A stretch of DNA of 60,602 nucleotides, the filler included, from Hausera hauseri (taxonomy: Eukaryota): the NCBI GenBank assembly GCA_046269625.1. It is 10 parts of 10 records of this genome, joined end to end, with 100 filler letters (N's around TTAATTAATTAA, not from the genome) between each part and the next. Parts side by side here need not be neighbours in the genome. Positions count along the whole stretch, not along the records: positions 1 to 4,668 come from JBJURY010482798.1; positions 4,769 to 8,937 come from JBJURY010724325.1; positions 9,038 to 17,448 come from JBJURY010652107.1; 7 more parts are not named here. One strand, given 5' to 3'. Shown here piece by piece: positions 1-12,500 of the stretch (its first letter is position 1; every line of letters starts with the position of its first letter). The notes beneath the pieces are model-generated. The model did not search any database, was not told the DNA's origin, and was given only the letters and a program-made list of their open reading frames with translations. The position numbers were made by a program, and so were the translations under genes.

Positions 1-700
1 TTTGCACACCTGCACACGTGTTTTTGCACTGCATGCTATATATCAAGGTGCATCTCGATTTGCTCTATCTACCTGCACTTGACCCCGATTAATTCCATCA
101 ATCCTACGCTGCACAACTGAAAAGTTTGCAAAGTAAAAAAATGCCCTGGCAACCGTATCCAAGTGCACACCACACTCGAGTTTTGCACTGATCGAAAGTA
201 CATCAAGTACTGCACCTGCCAGTATAAGCGCCATATTAATATTATTTAAAATTTATAGCGGAAAGGTTTATGGCGGTTCCGTCCCACTTGCGAATTATTC
301 GAACACCAATCAATCGATTTAAATTCTAACTGCACATTCACATACAACATCATGTGTGCTACCGATTGCACCCGGTGCCGAGTGCTAATCATCGATTTTA
401 GTTTTATCGGAAATCCCATATTGTTGATTTTTGCAAACTTGCACATGTGCTGCACACATGCATTGTGCACCAATCGATGCGCCTCGATGTGCTCTATCGA
501 TTAGCACTTTGTCCCGATAGATTCTATCAATACTGCACTGTGCAGCGATCGATTTGTTAAAAGTGCAAAATGTGCATGGCAACGGTGCCTAGCGGCACTG
601 TTACTAGGCACTCTACCGATCGATAGTGCAGTGTGCACTATCAATTGGCACATGTGCAATATTGATTCGCACACCCCCGGGGGTGAGGCAGAACCGCCAT
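1..700. repeat. Diverged ~430-bp direct repeat, rich in TGCA/ATCGAT palindromes and hairpins
   Basis: ctcgat(t/g)tgctctatc at 54 and 483; tggcaac(c/g)g at 147 and 577. Hairpin gatagtgca-gtg-tgcactatc at ~622-642. 15/18 inverted pair at 270-287 / 683-700. Confidence 0.6.
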
Positions 701-785
701 TTTCTCTCTTCTAATATTGATAAATTACTATTGCCGCAAAGATCGGTTGACACTAATCGTTTTTCTGAATAATCCATAATTCCTT

Positions 786-2092
786 TCATGGAGCCTTCGC
801 TTTCCTTTTTGATGGCTTCTTTAATTTCACTGTATTTAGCAGATCAATTGCACGAATGGGTACTTTAACTTCGTAGGAATAACTACACGTTGGGAATCTA
901 CCGATGAGAAATAATTGGCCACTGTGATTGTCCATTTCAATAAATCTATACTGAGAATCACAACAGATTTGTTTAGTTTTGTTTACTTCGTTAAATGAAT
1001 GACCAAAAGACAATAGACTGTCATCGATATCAACAATTTCATGTTGTGATTCACGGTATAGAACTAAGTTACTTCTGTATTGAGGTTTTAAAAACTTTAT
1101 TCCTTGAGGAAATTGTACATCTGGTAGTCTCCAGGACGGTCGTTTGGGTTTAGTCATGGAATGTTTCAACATATTATTATTGTTGGTTACGGGTTGGGTC
1201 GTTTCAACATGAGATACGTCTTTTGAACTGTCTGAGGTATTGGGAGTAGTTAAAACCAGACTTGTGGACAAATGTGAAGGACAATCATAATTATCAAGAC
1301 TTTCTCTGGATTTAGGTTTGGCACCTTTGTGATATGCAAAAATCTTCATAAATGCAATTATCCACTTTTTATAAATGTCTTTAGTGGTTAACTGAATATC
1401 TATTATATAGTTGGGACTATTGATTCTTATACATTTGTTGAGATCTTTAATAGTTTCCATTGAGCAATTATTCATCGGAGTTTCATAACATTCTGACGGA
1501 GATCTTAAAAATAACTGATCTCGCTCAAGTATAGCGAACATTTCGACAAACATGAGAGTCACCGATTCCCATGTTGGTTTCCAAACTCTGGCAAGAACAT
1601 TGGACTTTACTCGGAAATCCTCAATTATTTCATATACTCCATTAGATAGTTCGAGTGGTTTTATATCCCGATTCCTGGACTGGGTGAGTAAGTTGGAATA
1701 AAAAAACAGGAGTTGTTTCTAGGAGAGCTGATGGGTTTGGGAACATACAATGACCTAAAGAAATGCGAAAATTTTGTGTTTACGCCGGAGTGAATACTTT
1801 CAATAGACGTTTTCTTCACATTCCCCTTTGGTTTATCGGGGGCTAAAGATTTACTTTTGAAATAGCGACCGAACTTATAAAGAACCTTATACCATTCCAT
1901 TAAATTGTCTTCAACCATAAGTTTAATGGTAACCTTTGATGATGACATCGCCGCAATCAACTCATTGTCAAAACTGATGACGGCATTATTGAGGCGGACA
2001 GAACTATTGATAGTCAGATTGGAAACAGTCCCGTCATACTCATAAATGTGCAATGGCTCTGTTGACACGACGACGCCGAGAGCAAACGGCAA
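786..2092 (-). CDS. Putative protein with two PH-like segments; the two ORFs are joined by a short intron or a frameshift near 1700
   Basis: Both ORFs have a beta-rich run ending in a helix with Trp (NLMEWYKVL; DIYKKWIIAF), as at PH-domain C-termini. The 786-1562 frame stays open upstream to a T7 run/pyrimidine tract at ~1700. Confidence 0.4.
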
Positions 2093-2327
2093 ATAGTTTC
2101 CTTCAGAATTTTCGCGATTTCAATGTCTCCATAGAGTAGACTTTGATACGTTCTTTTAGAAAAATGTCGTGGATGTTGCGATGTCTTGAAATGACAATTT
2201 TACTTAGTGAGTCTGGCTGTTTAACAACGAATGAGTTGGAGGTTTGTCTGTGAAAAATTTTGCTAAACGTTATGCTGTTCAGTGCATTGGTAATGTTTCA
2301 GTTGTTGGAAAAAGAAAGTGTTCGAAT

Positions 2328-2597
2328 TCCTGGAAGGTCGCACATTTGGCATAAATATTGAGCCTTTTGTTGTGCGTGACTGTCTTCAACTGGCATAAGA
2401 ACACGTTTTTGAATCAGAACAACCACTATTTTCGTGACTTGGCCTTGAATATTTTTCTTTATCGTACTGACCATAGCAGCACAGTCATTAACTTTGTCTT
2501 CCCAGTCCATATCGAAAAATATAACAACCATCGACGGGACTTCATCCATGTGCTTTTGCATCCATTTTGCCTTTAAAATACCTTTCGGGACATACCA
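2328..2597 (-). pseudogene. TRAPPC11: TRAPPC11 (gryzun/foie gras) N-terminal fragment
   Basis: WYVPKGILKAKWMQKHMDEVPSMVVIFFDMDWED...TKIVVVLIQK...LCQMCDL resembles TRAPPC11 ([32 protein letters not shown]...KVAVVLIQK). Similarity ends abruptly on both sides. Confidence 0.8.
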
Positions 2598-2705
2598 TGT
2601 GGTGCCCACAGCGGCCGGTGCCCTTTGGCCCATTCGGTCGGGCACGGCCGGGCGTCCGTTGCCGCCGCGTTGGGCCCATAGGCGGGCCCCGATTTTCCGC
2701 CTTAA
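2598..2705. other. GC-rich hairpin-forming insert, possibly a transposon/MITE end
   Basis: Sharp GC island. cggccggtgccc pairs with gggcacggccg; gggcccataggcgggccc is a second hairpin. Directly abuts the TRAPPC11 fragment. Confidence 0.4.
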
Positions 2706-3492
2706 AAGAATTCAAAGAACTACGACAAAATGGCCCACCATTCATGTTCGGATTTCATCTGCAGACGTAGTATATTTTGTGTTTACGAATCGATTACATT
2801 TCAGTCAGTAAAAGTTTATAATTGAAGTTTACAATGAATTCAAAACCAAAGTTTTCGTTTATTCTCATGTTTTAAAGTTACTAAAAAACGAAGTAACAAA
2901 CGCTTACAAAATTCGATCTTTTCCCATATTGAAAACATCTTACAAAAAATTATATCATTTATTTACCGTTTTCGACAACAGAAATCCTCTGGCTGGAAAT
3001 TTCAAATCCAAAAATTCGAAAAGTATTAAAGGAATGAAGTCCAAGAATACTAACACAATAAATTCTATCAAAATACGATCTAAAAACGACGTTTCTAAAC
3101 TTTCCAAATGTGTCAAAAGATACTGAAAATCGTGCGTGTCTTCGAGGAAACATCTAAATGAAATTAATGAATCCAGCAATATTCTGAATAAATTAACCGA
3201 ACAGGTCCTTTCAACATCAAACAACAATGCTAATATTCTAAATGGAAGATGTCCTAGAATTTATTTCCCAAAATATTCGATGCATTACACAGAAATAAAT
3301 ACTTCTAACAAAAAATCGGTTTATCCAATACTCAATACATTTGACTTACACATCTCTCACAAAGATGCCGACCGAATTCGCAAAGAAGACAAGCAAGTGT
3401 TGATTGTGGAAAATATATTTAGTCATGGAAACTCAATCGCCAAAACAATAAGCCACTCTTTGAAAAAATTTGGAAAATTGAAGATTAAGTAA

Positions 3493-4077
3493 AAAGCTGT
3501 ACGCAAAGAAATGGAGATAGCAAAGAATCAACCGAAATTTAAGTTCACTCAAATTTTTACCCAGAGAGATAGCAGAATGCCTTTGATAATTGCATGTCTG
3601 CTTCAAGTAATGCAGCAATTATCCGGCATTAATGCGGTCATATCATATTTAAGTTCCATGTTGACAACAGCTGGAATCCCAGAAGCATATGGACAGTACT
3701 GTGTGATTGCAATAGGACTTCTGAATGTGGTTTGTACTATTGTTTCGTTACCTCTGACTGAAAAACTTGAACGCCGGACACTGATTCTCTGGCCATCAAT
3801 TTTGTTGGCAGCATCTCTACTTTGTTTGACAATTACAGTGAATTTGGTTAACGCAAAAGGAATGTTGTCTGCAGACTCACAACGAATCGTTGGTGGCATA
3901 TCTGTGTTCTTCATTATGACGTACATCGTTGGATTTGCTTGCGGTTTGGGTCCGGTTCCGGCAATGTTTGTGGCTGAGATTTTCCGACAAGAACCGCGTT
4001 CAGCAGCGTACTCTGTTAGTCAGGCTATCCAGTGGGTGTCGAATTTAATCGTTCTGTTTAGTTATCCCAATATGAAT
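3493..4077 (+). CDS. GLUT/SLC2 sugar porter, C-terminal half (flatworm SGTP1-like); an exon or a gene fragment
   Basis: QQLSGINAV, (E)RRTL and GLGPVP...EIFRQ sugar-porter motifs. AKNQPKFKFTQIFTQRD.RMP resembles schistosome SGTP1. GT donor at 4078. N-terminal half not seen. Confidence 0.85.
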
Positions 4078-4768
4078 GTACGGTTTTTTTTTGTTAATGG
4101 TTAATTAATTGAATTCTTGTGATAATTTTTAATAATAAGATACAAACAATGGAGTTGAAGTTAACAAATGAAAAATTGACATTTCGTGTGTATATAGATG
4201 ACTTATAAAATGGCACGAGACAGAAAATTGAGTGAAGTTTATTTTGAGAAATTGTTGATAAGACTAAATGTTCGGTAGCGGAACTACAAAAAATCGATAT
4301 TTGCTCGTGATGAACAAGGAATCAACAACAGACTAGCATTAAAACAATCTTACCATCGCTTATTTCCTCTGGCACGGTCAGCATCGGGTCTAATCTTGAC
4401 TCCATTCTGTATTTCGATTTGATTATCTGACTTTTCTCGAATATTATCCAAACTGTTAAAGAACTCCAACTATGATTGACTGTGTGGTGCCGTGGCCGTG
4501 GGCGCGTTTTTTTCCTCGCCGGAGTCGAGAAATTCAATTTTCAATATCCAAATAAATCAGATGGAACGTTAAATCTAAAGGTCTCTATTGGATCATTTAT
4601 ATTGGATTTTGGATTCTTCAAAATAATTTGTTACGTTGCACTACGTGCTTTAATGACAAGTACCAAAGNNNNNNNNNNNNNNNNNNNNNNNNNNNNNNNN
4701 NNNNNNNNNNNNTTAATTAATTAANNNNNNNNNNNNNNNNNNNNNNNNNNNNNNNNNNNNNNNNNNNN

Positions 4769-7700
4769 TGTCCATTTCTGAAAATTCTATTGGAGCCGGT
4801 GGCCATTCTAATGGTTTAAGGGGACTTTAATTTTTATACCTGCGTTTTTCCTTTTGGCGCAAATGGAGCAACTTTTGCACCATTCATCTACATTTTTCGG
4901 AATATTGTACCAGCAATATTTTCTTTTTAATCTGCCTAAAGTTAGCTTTTTTATTGATGTTCTCCCAGCATTCCATCATGGTATTGTGTTAACAATAATT
5001 TTACGTTTTCTTGGTGGACAACAACGACCAATTTTCCTTTATAATTTTAGTATAATATACCATCTTTTATCTGATAATTTTCGGCAAACTTTGTCAAATG
5101 AGTGTAGAGATCGATACCTCTTGGTATTGTTTTCTTTTGGAGGTATTCTTTAATTTGTTTCATTTGTTTATCCTTATGTTGTTTTTGTTGCAACGATTTT
5201 TCTTGTTCTGTGATACTCCAGATGGCTGCTATAACACCTGGTTTATGCATTATTTCTTTTTCTTTCTGATCCCCATCTTCGGGTATTCTTGACATATAAT
5301 CGGCATTTGCATTAGCATTACCAGTTTTATACTCATACTCCAAGTCGTAAGGTTGAAGTAACATTGCCCATTTCATTAGATGACTATTTGGGTTCTTGTG
5401 ATTCTTCAACTATTGTAATGGTTTATGATCAGTATAAATAATAATCGGTCTAGTTTCTGAAAATAATTGACCATATTGTTCTAACGCATAAACTATTGGG
5501 AGTAATTCTCGTTCAATTGTTGAATAGTTTTTCTCGTGCATTCTTAATTCTCTTCCTCCAAACGATATTGGATGTTCTTGTCCTTTATCATCCTTCTGTG
5601 ATAAGACAACTCCAATTCGAACTTTACTTGCATCCGTTGCTAGGAAAAATGGTTTTAACATATTCGGATAGGCCAGTATTGGTGGAGTTAACAAGCTATC
5701 TTTTAATCGTTGGTATGCTTTTTGGCACTCTTGAGTCCAAATAAGTTTGGAATTATTGTGTAACAACGAATCTAATGGGGAGGCTATCTGTTGATAGTCC
5801 TTAACAAATTCTCGATAATAGCTTGTGAGGCCGAGAAATCTCCGAACTCCTCTGACTGTTTTAGAAACTGGTATATCTTGAATTTTCTTCATTTTTGCAA
5901 TTTGAGGACTAATTCCTTCTCTGCCATCTGTATAACCTAAAAAGTCAACTTTAGTTATAGAAAAGCAACATTTTAAACTTATTTTTATTCAAAGAAGGGC
6001 ACACCTCACCAACATATCTTTAAGGTGCTCCTTATGCTGTTTGTAATCATTTGAAGCGATTGTGACATTATCCAGGTAGCAATTATATGTGGCGCATCCA
6101 TAGTAATTATGTCCATAGCTGTCTGGAATGTTGCCGGAGAATGTTTCATCCCGAATGCCATTCGGTTAAATTCGTAATGTCCATCTGCAGTTACGAAGGC
6201 TGTTTTCTGTTCACCTCTTCCTGGACTTCAATTTGCCAAAATCCTTTTTGTAGGTCTAGAGTAGTAAATAACATTTTATCTTTTAATTTGTCCAACAATT
6301 CGTGTATTCTTGGTAACGGATAGGTATTATCTACCGTTACTTCATTTAGGGCACGATAGTCACACATCCTAATAGATCCATCTTTTGTACCATCACAATG
6401 GGAGCTGTCCATGGCGAATTACTTGGTCTAATTATGTCGTGCTGTTATATTTTAGCAATTATTTCTTTGGCCTTTTCTCGTTTGTCATAATTAAGCTGGT
6501 ATGGTCTCTGATGGAGTTTCTCTTCCTATCTTTAATTTAATATCATGCTTTATAACGGGTATTATGCCCATATCATATTTGTCAATTGCAAAAGTATCTT
6601 TCTATTGTTGTGGTATTTTAATTATGCCTTCTTTTTTCACATATGCTAGTGTACTATCTTTATCAAATAAATCAGTCGTGCCAGTTAATTGGAGTCTACC
6701 AATTTTGTTATTTTCTTACTTTTGTTAAGATGACGTTTTAACTTGTTCATCGGTTCATCCTCAATTCTTATTCCGTATTCTACTCGTGGTTTTTGTCGTT
6801 GTTTTCTATGAATTCGGATAGTTCCTGCAGTGAAAATAATGGCTTCCGTTGCAGTATTACCTATATCCTTTATGACATACGTAGGCGATTCTTGTACCTT
6901 TCCTGAGAAATTTGGGTTTGCTTGAAACATTGGCTATTCGAACAATTATTTTTTCTCGAATATTGTCAATGGTATGGGCTATCCACAGCTCATTTTTATC
7001 CATGAAGGTTATTTTAGGTTCGATGTAAACCTCTCCTTCATCTCTTCCTTGTACTACAGCTTTAAGCATGACTTCTGTTATGGCTGGTATCAATACATCT
7101 ACCTTAATAGACACTATCTTTTCCCTGTTTCGTTTCTCGCAATGGCTGGATTTGTCGAGTTTCCAGTTGTATGCACGCCTTTTAATTTTGCCAGTACACC
7201 ACAGCCAAGTATGGCTTCTGCCACTAATTCGTCCGCTACTCAAAATTCTTGTTCGAATTTTTAATTGAGAACTTGTGTATGACATTTTATCAGATCTCTT
7301 ATTTGTACCTTAGTTCCGAATGCTCCTACATTTGCGATATCTTCCGTTGGCTTTTGTAGCTTTTTCTTTAACGGTTCTGGTAGTTCCTTTCGTGAAATCA
7401 TGGAAGCAGATGCTCGCGTATCAATTATAGCGGTAATAGGATGTACATCTATTCATATTACCGTGCAAGGTATCACTTTACCTCCATCTATACTGGTTAT
7501 CAAAGCTTTCTTTGGAGCTGATGGATAAAATGAGTTTCATATGTTTTGGGTCATAATTATCTATATCGCCAGAACAATGTATGTCTATATATCCGTTAGA
7601 AATGAATTGCTGCTGTTCCATTGAATATTCATTCTATCTCCTCAACTGTGGAATGTCGAAAAGCAGCGTTCTTCGCTTTTTGCTTCGGGCCGTTTTATTA

Positions 7701-8937
7701 TTTTGAGGTGTTTGAAGTTCTATCTTGCTTTTTCGTTGGAGGAGGTCCATCCTTATCTTTATTTGATTCATCTTTATTTTTATTCTTCTGTTTCCATTCC
7801 GCATCTTTTTTATTAGGAAACAACTTACTACAAATGGTATCACTGTAAAAATAATTTTCCATGTACAACCAGTAGCTTGTTTTATACCATATCCTTTTGT
7901 TACCATTGTTAAGAGTGCTTCTACAAAGGCAAAGATAGTAAAATCCTAGTCATCCAGAATTCAACTGTCCGAACCACATGTACCTTCCTCATGCGGTTGC
8001 AAATATATCTTTAGCTATTCGTTTTGCATAAACAGGTCCCATCAAACTTTCCCAATTAGGTTTTCCAGTCTGGTCGGCTAACACTTTCATAGCCATTTAT
8101 GTTGATACTCTGTCTCTGTTGTTGAAATATTATCATTCTTCTATGATTTTCCATATCTTGTTCGGAATAGACACCCATCTTTACTAAATCTTATAATGGC
8201 GTACACGTCTGTTCGGTCTTTAGGTTGATGAAACTGATTTTGCGGAGTGGGGTAATTTGTTCCTTCTTGGGCATTCTTACGCAAAAATTGTCGCTCAATG
8301 TGAACACAGGCGACATTGTATATGTACAGTTTTGATGTATATCTGGTTTCTCCATTGGATCTAGTAAAATCCGAGTGATTGGTTGTAGAAAGCGTGGTTT
8401 TTCTTTGTACCATACTGGTAATTCCATGGTACAATCAGCAGTTGGTTTTAACTTAACGGTTTCTCTGGTACGTTCAAATGTCACAAGAGTTTCACCAATT
8501 GTCCGTGCAAATTTTTTTCCGCATCGGGAAATTCAGCAGGATCTTTTATAATTCCATCCTTTATTGCTGATATATCCTATTTCTAATTATTTCTCTATTT
8601 AATTTGCAATCATTTAGTATCATTTCTCTATACATAGCATAGATATTATCTTGCTGAAAATGATAGATGAAATCGATTTTGTTATCGAAATACAAATGCT
8701 GCTCCACTTCCGACTTATCTATATTGCTGTTTTACTTCGGCTATTTTAGTTTTTTATAGGAATATACCTTTGTAGTTTGTTCGATATACCACTTGATTAC
8801 ATCTTTTCATATAACCTTCTATTTTAAATCTTATCCCTTCACTTGGATCTGCTGAGTATACTATAGTTGGGATTTCAATTGTATCCGATGCTCGATCTAG
8901 TCTACTTCGTGATATTTCTTTATACATTCGTCCTTTC
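4769..8937 (-). mobile_element. Decayed Ty3/Gypsy element: glycoprotein remnant - PR - RT - RNase H - integrase start
   Basis: PR IIDT(R)AS at ~7412-7430. RT DYRALN...YPLP...TLDLQKGFWQI and YLDN. RH LATDAS...NYSTIERELL...YTDHKPL. IN HHCC near 4860-4980. Confidence 0.9.
7830..8937 (-). pseudogene. Chuvirus-type glycoprotein, C-terminal half with TM region, upstream of the protease
   Basis: Manual translation: RCNQVVYRTNYKGIFL...YFDNKIDFIY...MYREMILNDCKLNRE...GETLVTFE; CTMELPVWYKEKPRFLQPITRILL; GRYMWFGQLNSG.LGFYYL. Collinear with 33960-35730. Confidence 0.8.
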
Positions 8938-9569
8938 NNNNNNNNNNNNNNNNNNNNNNNNNNNNNNNNNNNNNNNNNNNNTTAATTAATTAANNNNNNN
9001 NNNNNNNNNNNNNNNNNNNNNNNNNNNNNNNNNNNNNGAAAATGTAGAAAGTACTTATTTAAATGAATCAGTGCTCAAATCGTACTTAACTAAAGTTGCA
9101 ATCACGCATAATAATGAACCGTTATGTGTGCCATGGATAATTAGACTAATGATGTTTTCATGTCGTTTTGATTTATTCTAATTTCTACACATGACTCATT
9201 AGTTATGTTAGTTGGGTTCTCCACAGTCTTTCAAGTAACTTCAAGAACTGCATTTCTACTTTTCGTTAAGTGCGTGGTTTTTAAATACTCTATTTTATTT
9301 TACACTATTTCAATTATACAACATGTTAATTGTATGAACAAATCAATAAACATAGAACGTTAATAATAATCGATTCATTTGATTTCTCGTCTATTGTGGA
9401 TGCATTAATGAATACTGAACATAATTATCCATAATGTCTTTGCAAGTAGCATTCGAAGCCATTGGACAATCAAAGCTTATGTGAAGTGTTCAGAAAATCA
9501 GTCAACCAAGGAAAAATTCCAAGACATAACGCTATCGCCTGATCTTAAACGATTGAAAAAAAAACAACA

Positions 9570-12500
9570 ATGATTCCGTTGAAAAAAATCTCTTGGACAA
9601 AGAAAAAGTTGTCTGAACAAACCAAACATGAAAATCAAATGATAGTTGGGTACGAAAGTCATAATGAAAGTCTGGAACCTCGAATGAAGAATAAATCAGC
9701 TAAAAAAGCTTTATTAAAACAAAGTGGGTCCTTAGAATTCTCATCCGAAAGCAAATCCAAATCTGGGATTAGTATGAATGAAACAAAGAAAAACAGGAAT
9801 AAGGAACAGAAATTATCTGAAGATCTTATTGATAATAAATACATCAATGAACTGTCGAAGAACCAAGTAAGTAACAGGTCATCTGGTAAAAATTCGGTAA
9901 ATTCGAAAAACAAAATGAAAGGATCAGAGAATGAACCAGATACAAGATCGGACAAAGTAGCAGCATCATCTTTGGATGTGGTGAATTCTATAAAGAACTC
10001 TAGAAAAGGAAACATACATTCAGGCTCGAAAAAGCAGAACTGTCTGAAACCATCTTATGAAATGGAGTTACAACAACCTTCAGTTAATTTTTCCGACGTT
10101 GTTGATAGCTTGAAGAAACAAATGAACAGTGTATCTTCCAATACAACCAAGTCATCGAAGTTATCGTCATTTTCATTTGATAGTGATGCAGAACAGCAAA
10201 ATATGGTTGAACAATCTGATAATAAATTAGGTACTGAGAATAAAATAAAACAACCGGATAGTCTAAAAAGCAACCCACGAAAATCGGGAAGTAAAGATTC
10301 CGAGGGAATGAAGGTATCTAAGATGAGTGATGATGGCAGTGTAAAGCTGATATTTGAAGAAGTTCAACCGGACCGAAAACCATCTACTCAAATTGAAAAC
10401 GATAGGAAAAGATCTTCTCGACACTCAGGTACACCAGGTCAGAAAGAAAGTGTAACAGTAATCGTGAGCAAGCAGTCTTCTGAGTCACAAGCCAACAAAA
10501 GTATGAAGTTCGAGGATAACCAGATGCCATCTAACAATTCAGAAATGACAAATGATAAGATATATTCGAAGTTAAGTACGGAGAAAGAGTTTGTTATGCA
10601 ACCATCAACGAACACCATAAAATCCGAGAATGGAGGAAAATCGAAGAAAGGATCGTCGAAGATGAGTGATAAAGAAAATCCAAAGTTACATGAGAGCGTA
10701 AAATCAGATAGAATGCCATCCATTAAAATTTCGAAGATTGACGATGAGGATAAACCTCCTCAACACTCAACTACGTCAACACATAAAACAAGTGTGATAT
10801 TAAGCACAAACAGACCCTCATTGCACTCCGTCAAAAGCAGCAAGCTTGATAGTGGGAAATCGCCTGGACATTCAATAAAGTCAATTGATAAAATTAATCC
10901 CAGGTCAAGTTTGGGGAAAGCATCCGTGAAGAGTTTAAAGTTGATGGAAGAACCAAGTTCTCTCCGACGATCATCCATGGAAAGTGGTCAAGGAAATCCA
11001 AGACTAAGTGAGAACGCAAAGTCAGCAGATGAAGGAAAATCTCGACAGTCCATTATATCGAGTCGTAAAGGAAGTGCAGTCTTAAACGAAAATAGGCAGT
11101 CCATCAAAAGTGTGAAATTTGATGATGATGATGATAATGAAAAATTACGTAAAAGTTCAGGGAAGTCTAGTTTAGACAAATCAACTGCCAGAATACCATC
11201 TGAAAAGAGCGTAAAATCGGAGAATCAAACAAAATTAACTAAACGAGTATCTCAAGTGAATGATGAAGGAAATCCGAGATTAAGTGTTGGAACGAGGTCA
11301 GATGGAATTGCGTCCATGGGGATTGCAAAATTAGACGATGAGGATGTTTTCTCTCCACATTCAATTACACACAATCGTAAAGCAAGTGTAACACTAAACG
11401 TTAACAGACAATCCATTGGTTCTGTGAAAGATGTTCAATCAGAAGAATTACCGAATTCTAAAAGATTCAGTGGCAAAGATGATGTAATACTAATCGTAGA
11501 GAAACCGTCTAACATTTCATCATCTTTAAAAAGTATGAAGTTGGAAGACGGACTAAACATTCAGCGGCTGTCCAGCATGTCGAGTCGAAAAGCAAGTGTA
11601 TTATTAAATGTAGGTGGACCATCTGATGGACCACAATCAGTTAATAGTATTAAATATGAAGATGCAGCAAAATCACCGAAGAATTCTGAGACGTTAAATG
11701 CTAAAGGTCATGTAATACCCTCAAAGAGTAGTAGGACATCTCGTCAAGATTTTATGTCTAATGAACCAAGTTTAAAAGGTCAATCAAAGTCACTTGAGAA
11801 AAAAGGCAGTCTAAGTACTCCACCAGTTAGGAAAGACTATTTGGAGGGAAGTATGAAAAGCCATTCTACTAGACGGTCGAAGGACACTTCCAAGGGCAGT
11901 AAACATTCGGTAACACCAAAGCAGTCAGGCAATTTAAGTGACTTAGGAAGTTTTAGTGAACAATCGGACATTGGTGATGGTTCCCGGTACAACGTTGGAC
12001 AAGTAAATAAAGAACTTTTTCCGGAGAAAACTATATCTGCTAAACCGTCAGGAAAATCAACTGGTAAAGATGATATTTCAGGAATCGTGAAAACGCGTTC
12101 AGGTGAAAAACCTATTTTAGTACTAAAGGATTCAAACCTCCCTAAACGGTCGAAAGTTAGCCATGACAGTAGACATTCGGCAGATTTGAATGATGGAATT
12201 TCGGGTGTAAAAAACCGTTCTAGAGATGAAATTCCAGAAGTTGGGAATGAACAGTTTTCAGAGAAACATATATCTGACAAAAAGTCAGAAAGAACATTTA
12301 AAATAGACAATGACGTGGTTTTTGCGAAAAGTGCATCAAAAATATTAGAAGGATCGTTAGATAAGATTAAAGATAATGAGAACACAGACACAAGATCAGT
12401 AAGTACAAATATCTCCAGAAATACTCCAGATATAGCAAATTTGGAAAGTTTTAGTGATAAATCTCTGAGGAAAGGCGGCTCTCGAGATCAATCTGAAGAG

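Noticed and set aside
4669-4768. TTAATTAATTAA inside N-runs (spacers also start at 8938, 17449, 21645, 25999, 32026, 38337, 46894 and 51795)
   Set aside because: Artificial six-frame-stop contig spacer, not biology. ORFs containing X runs are artefacts.
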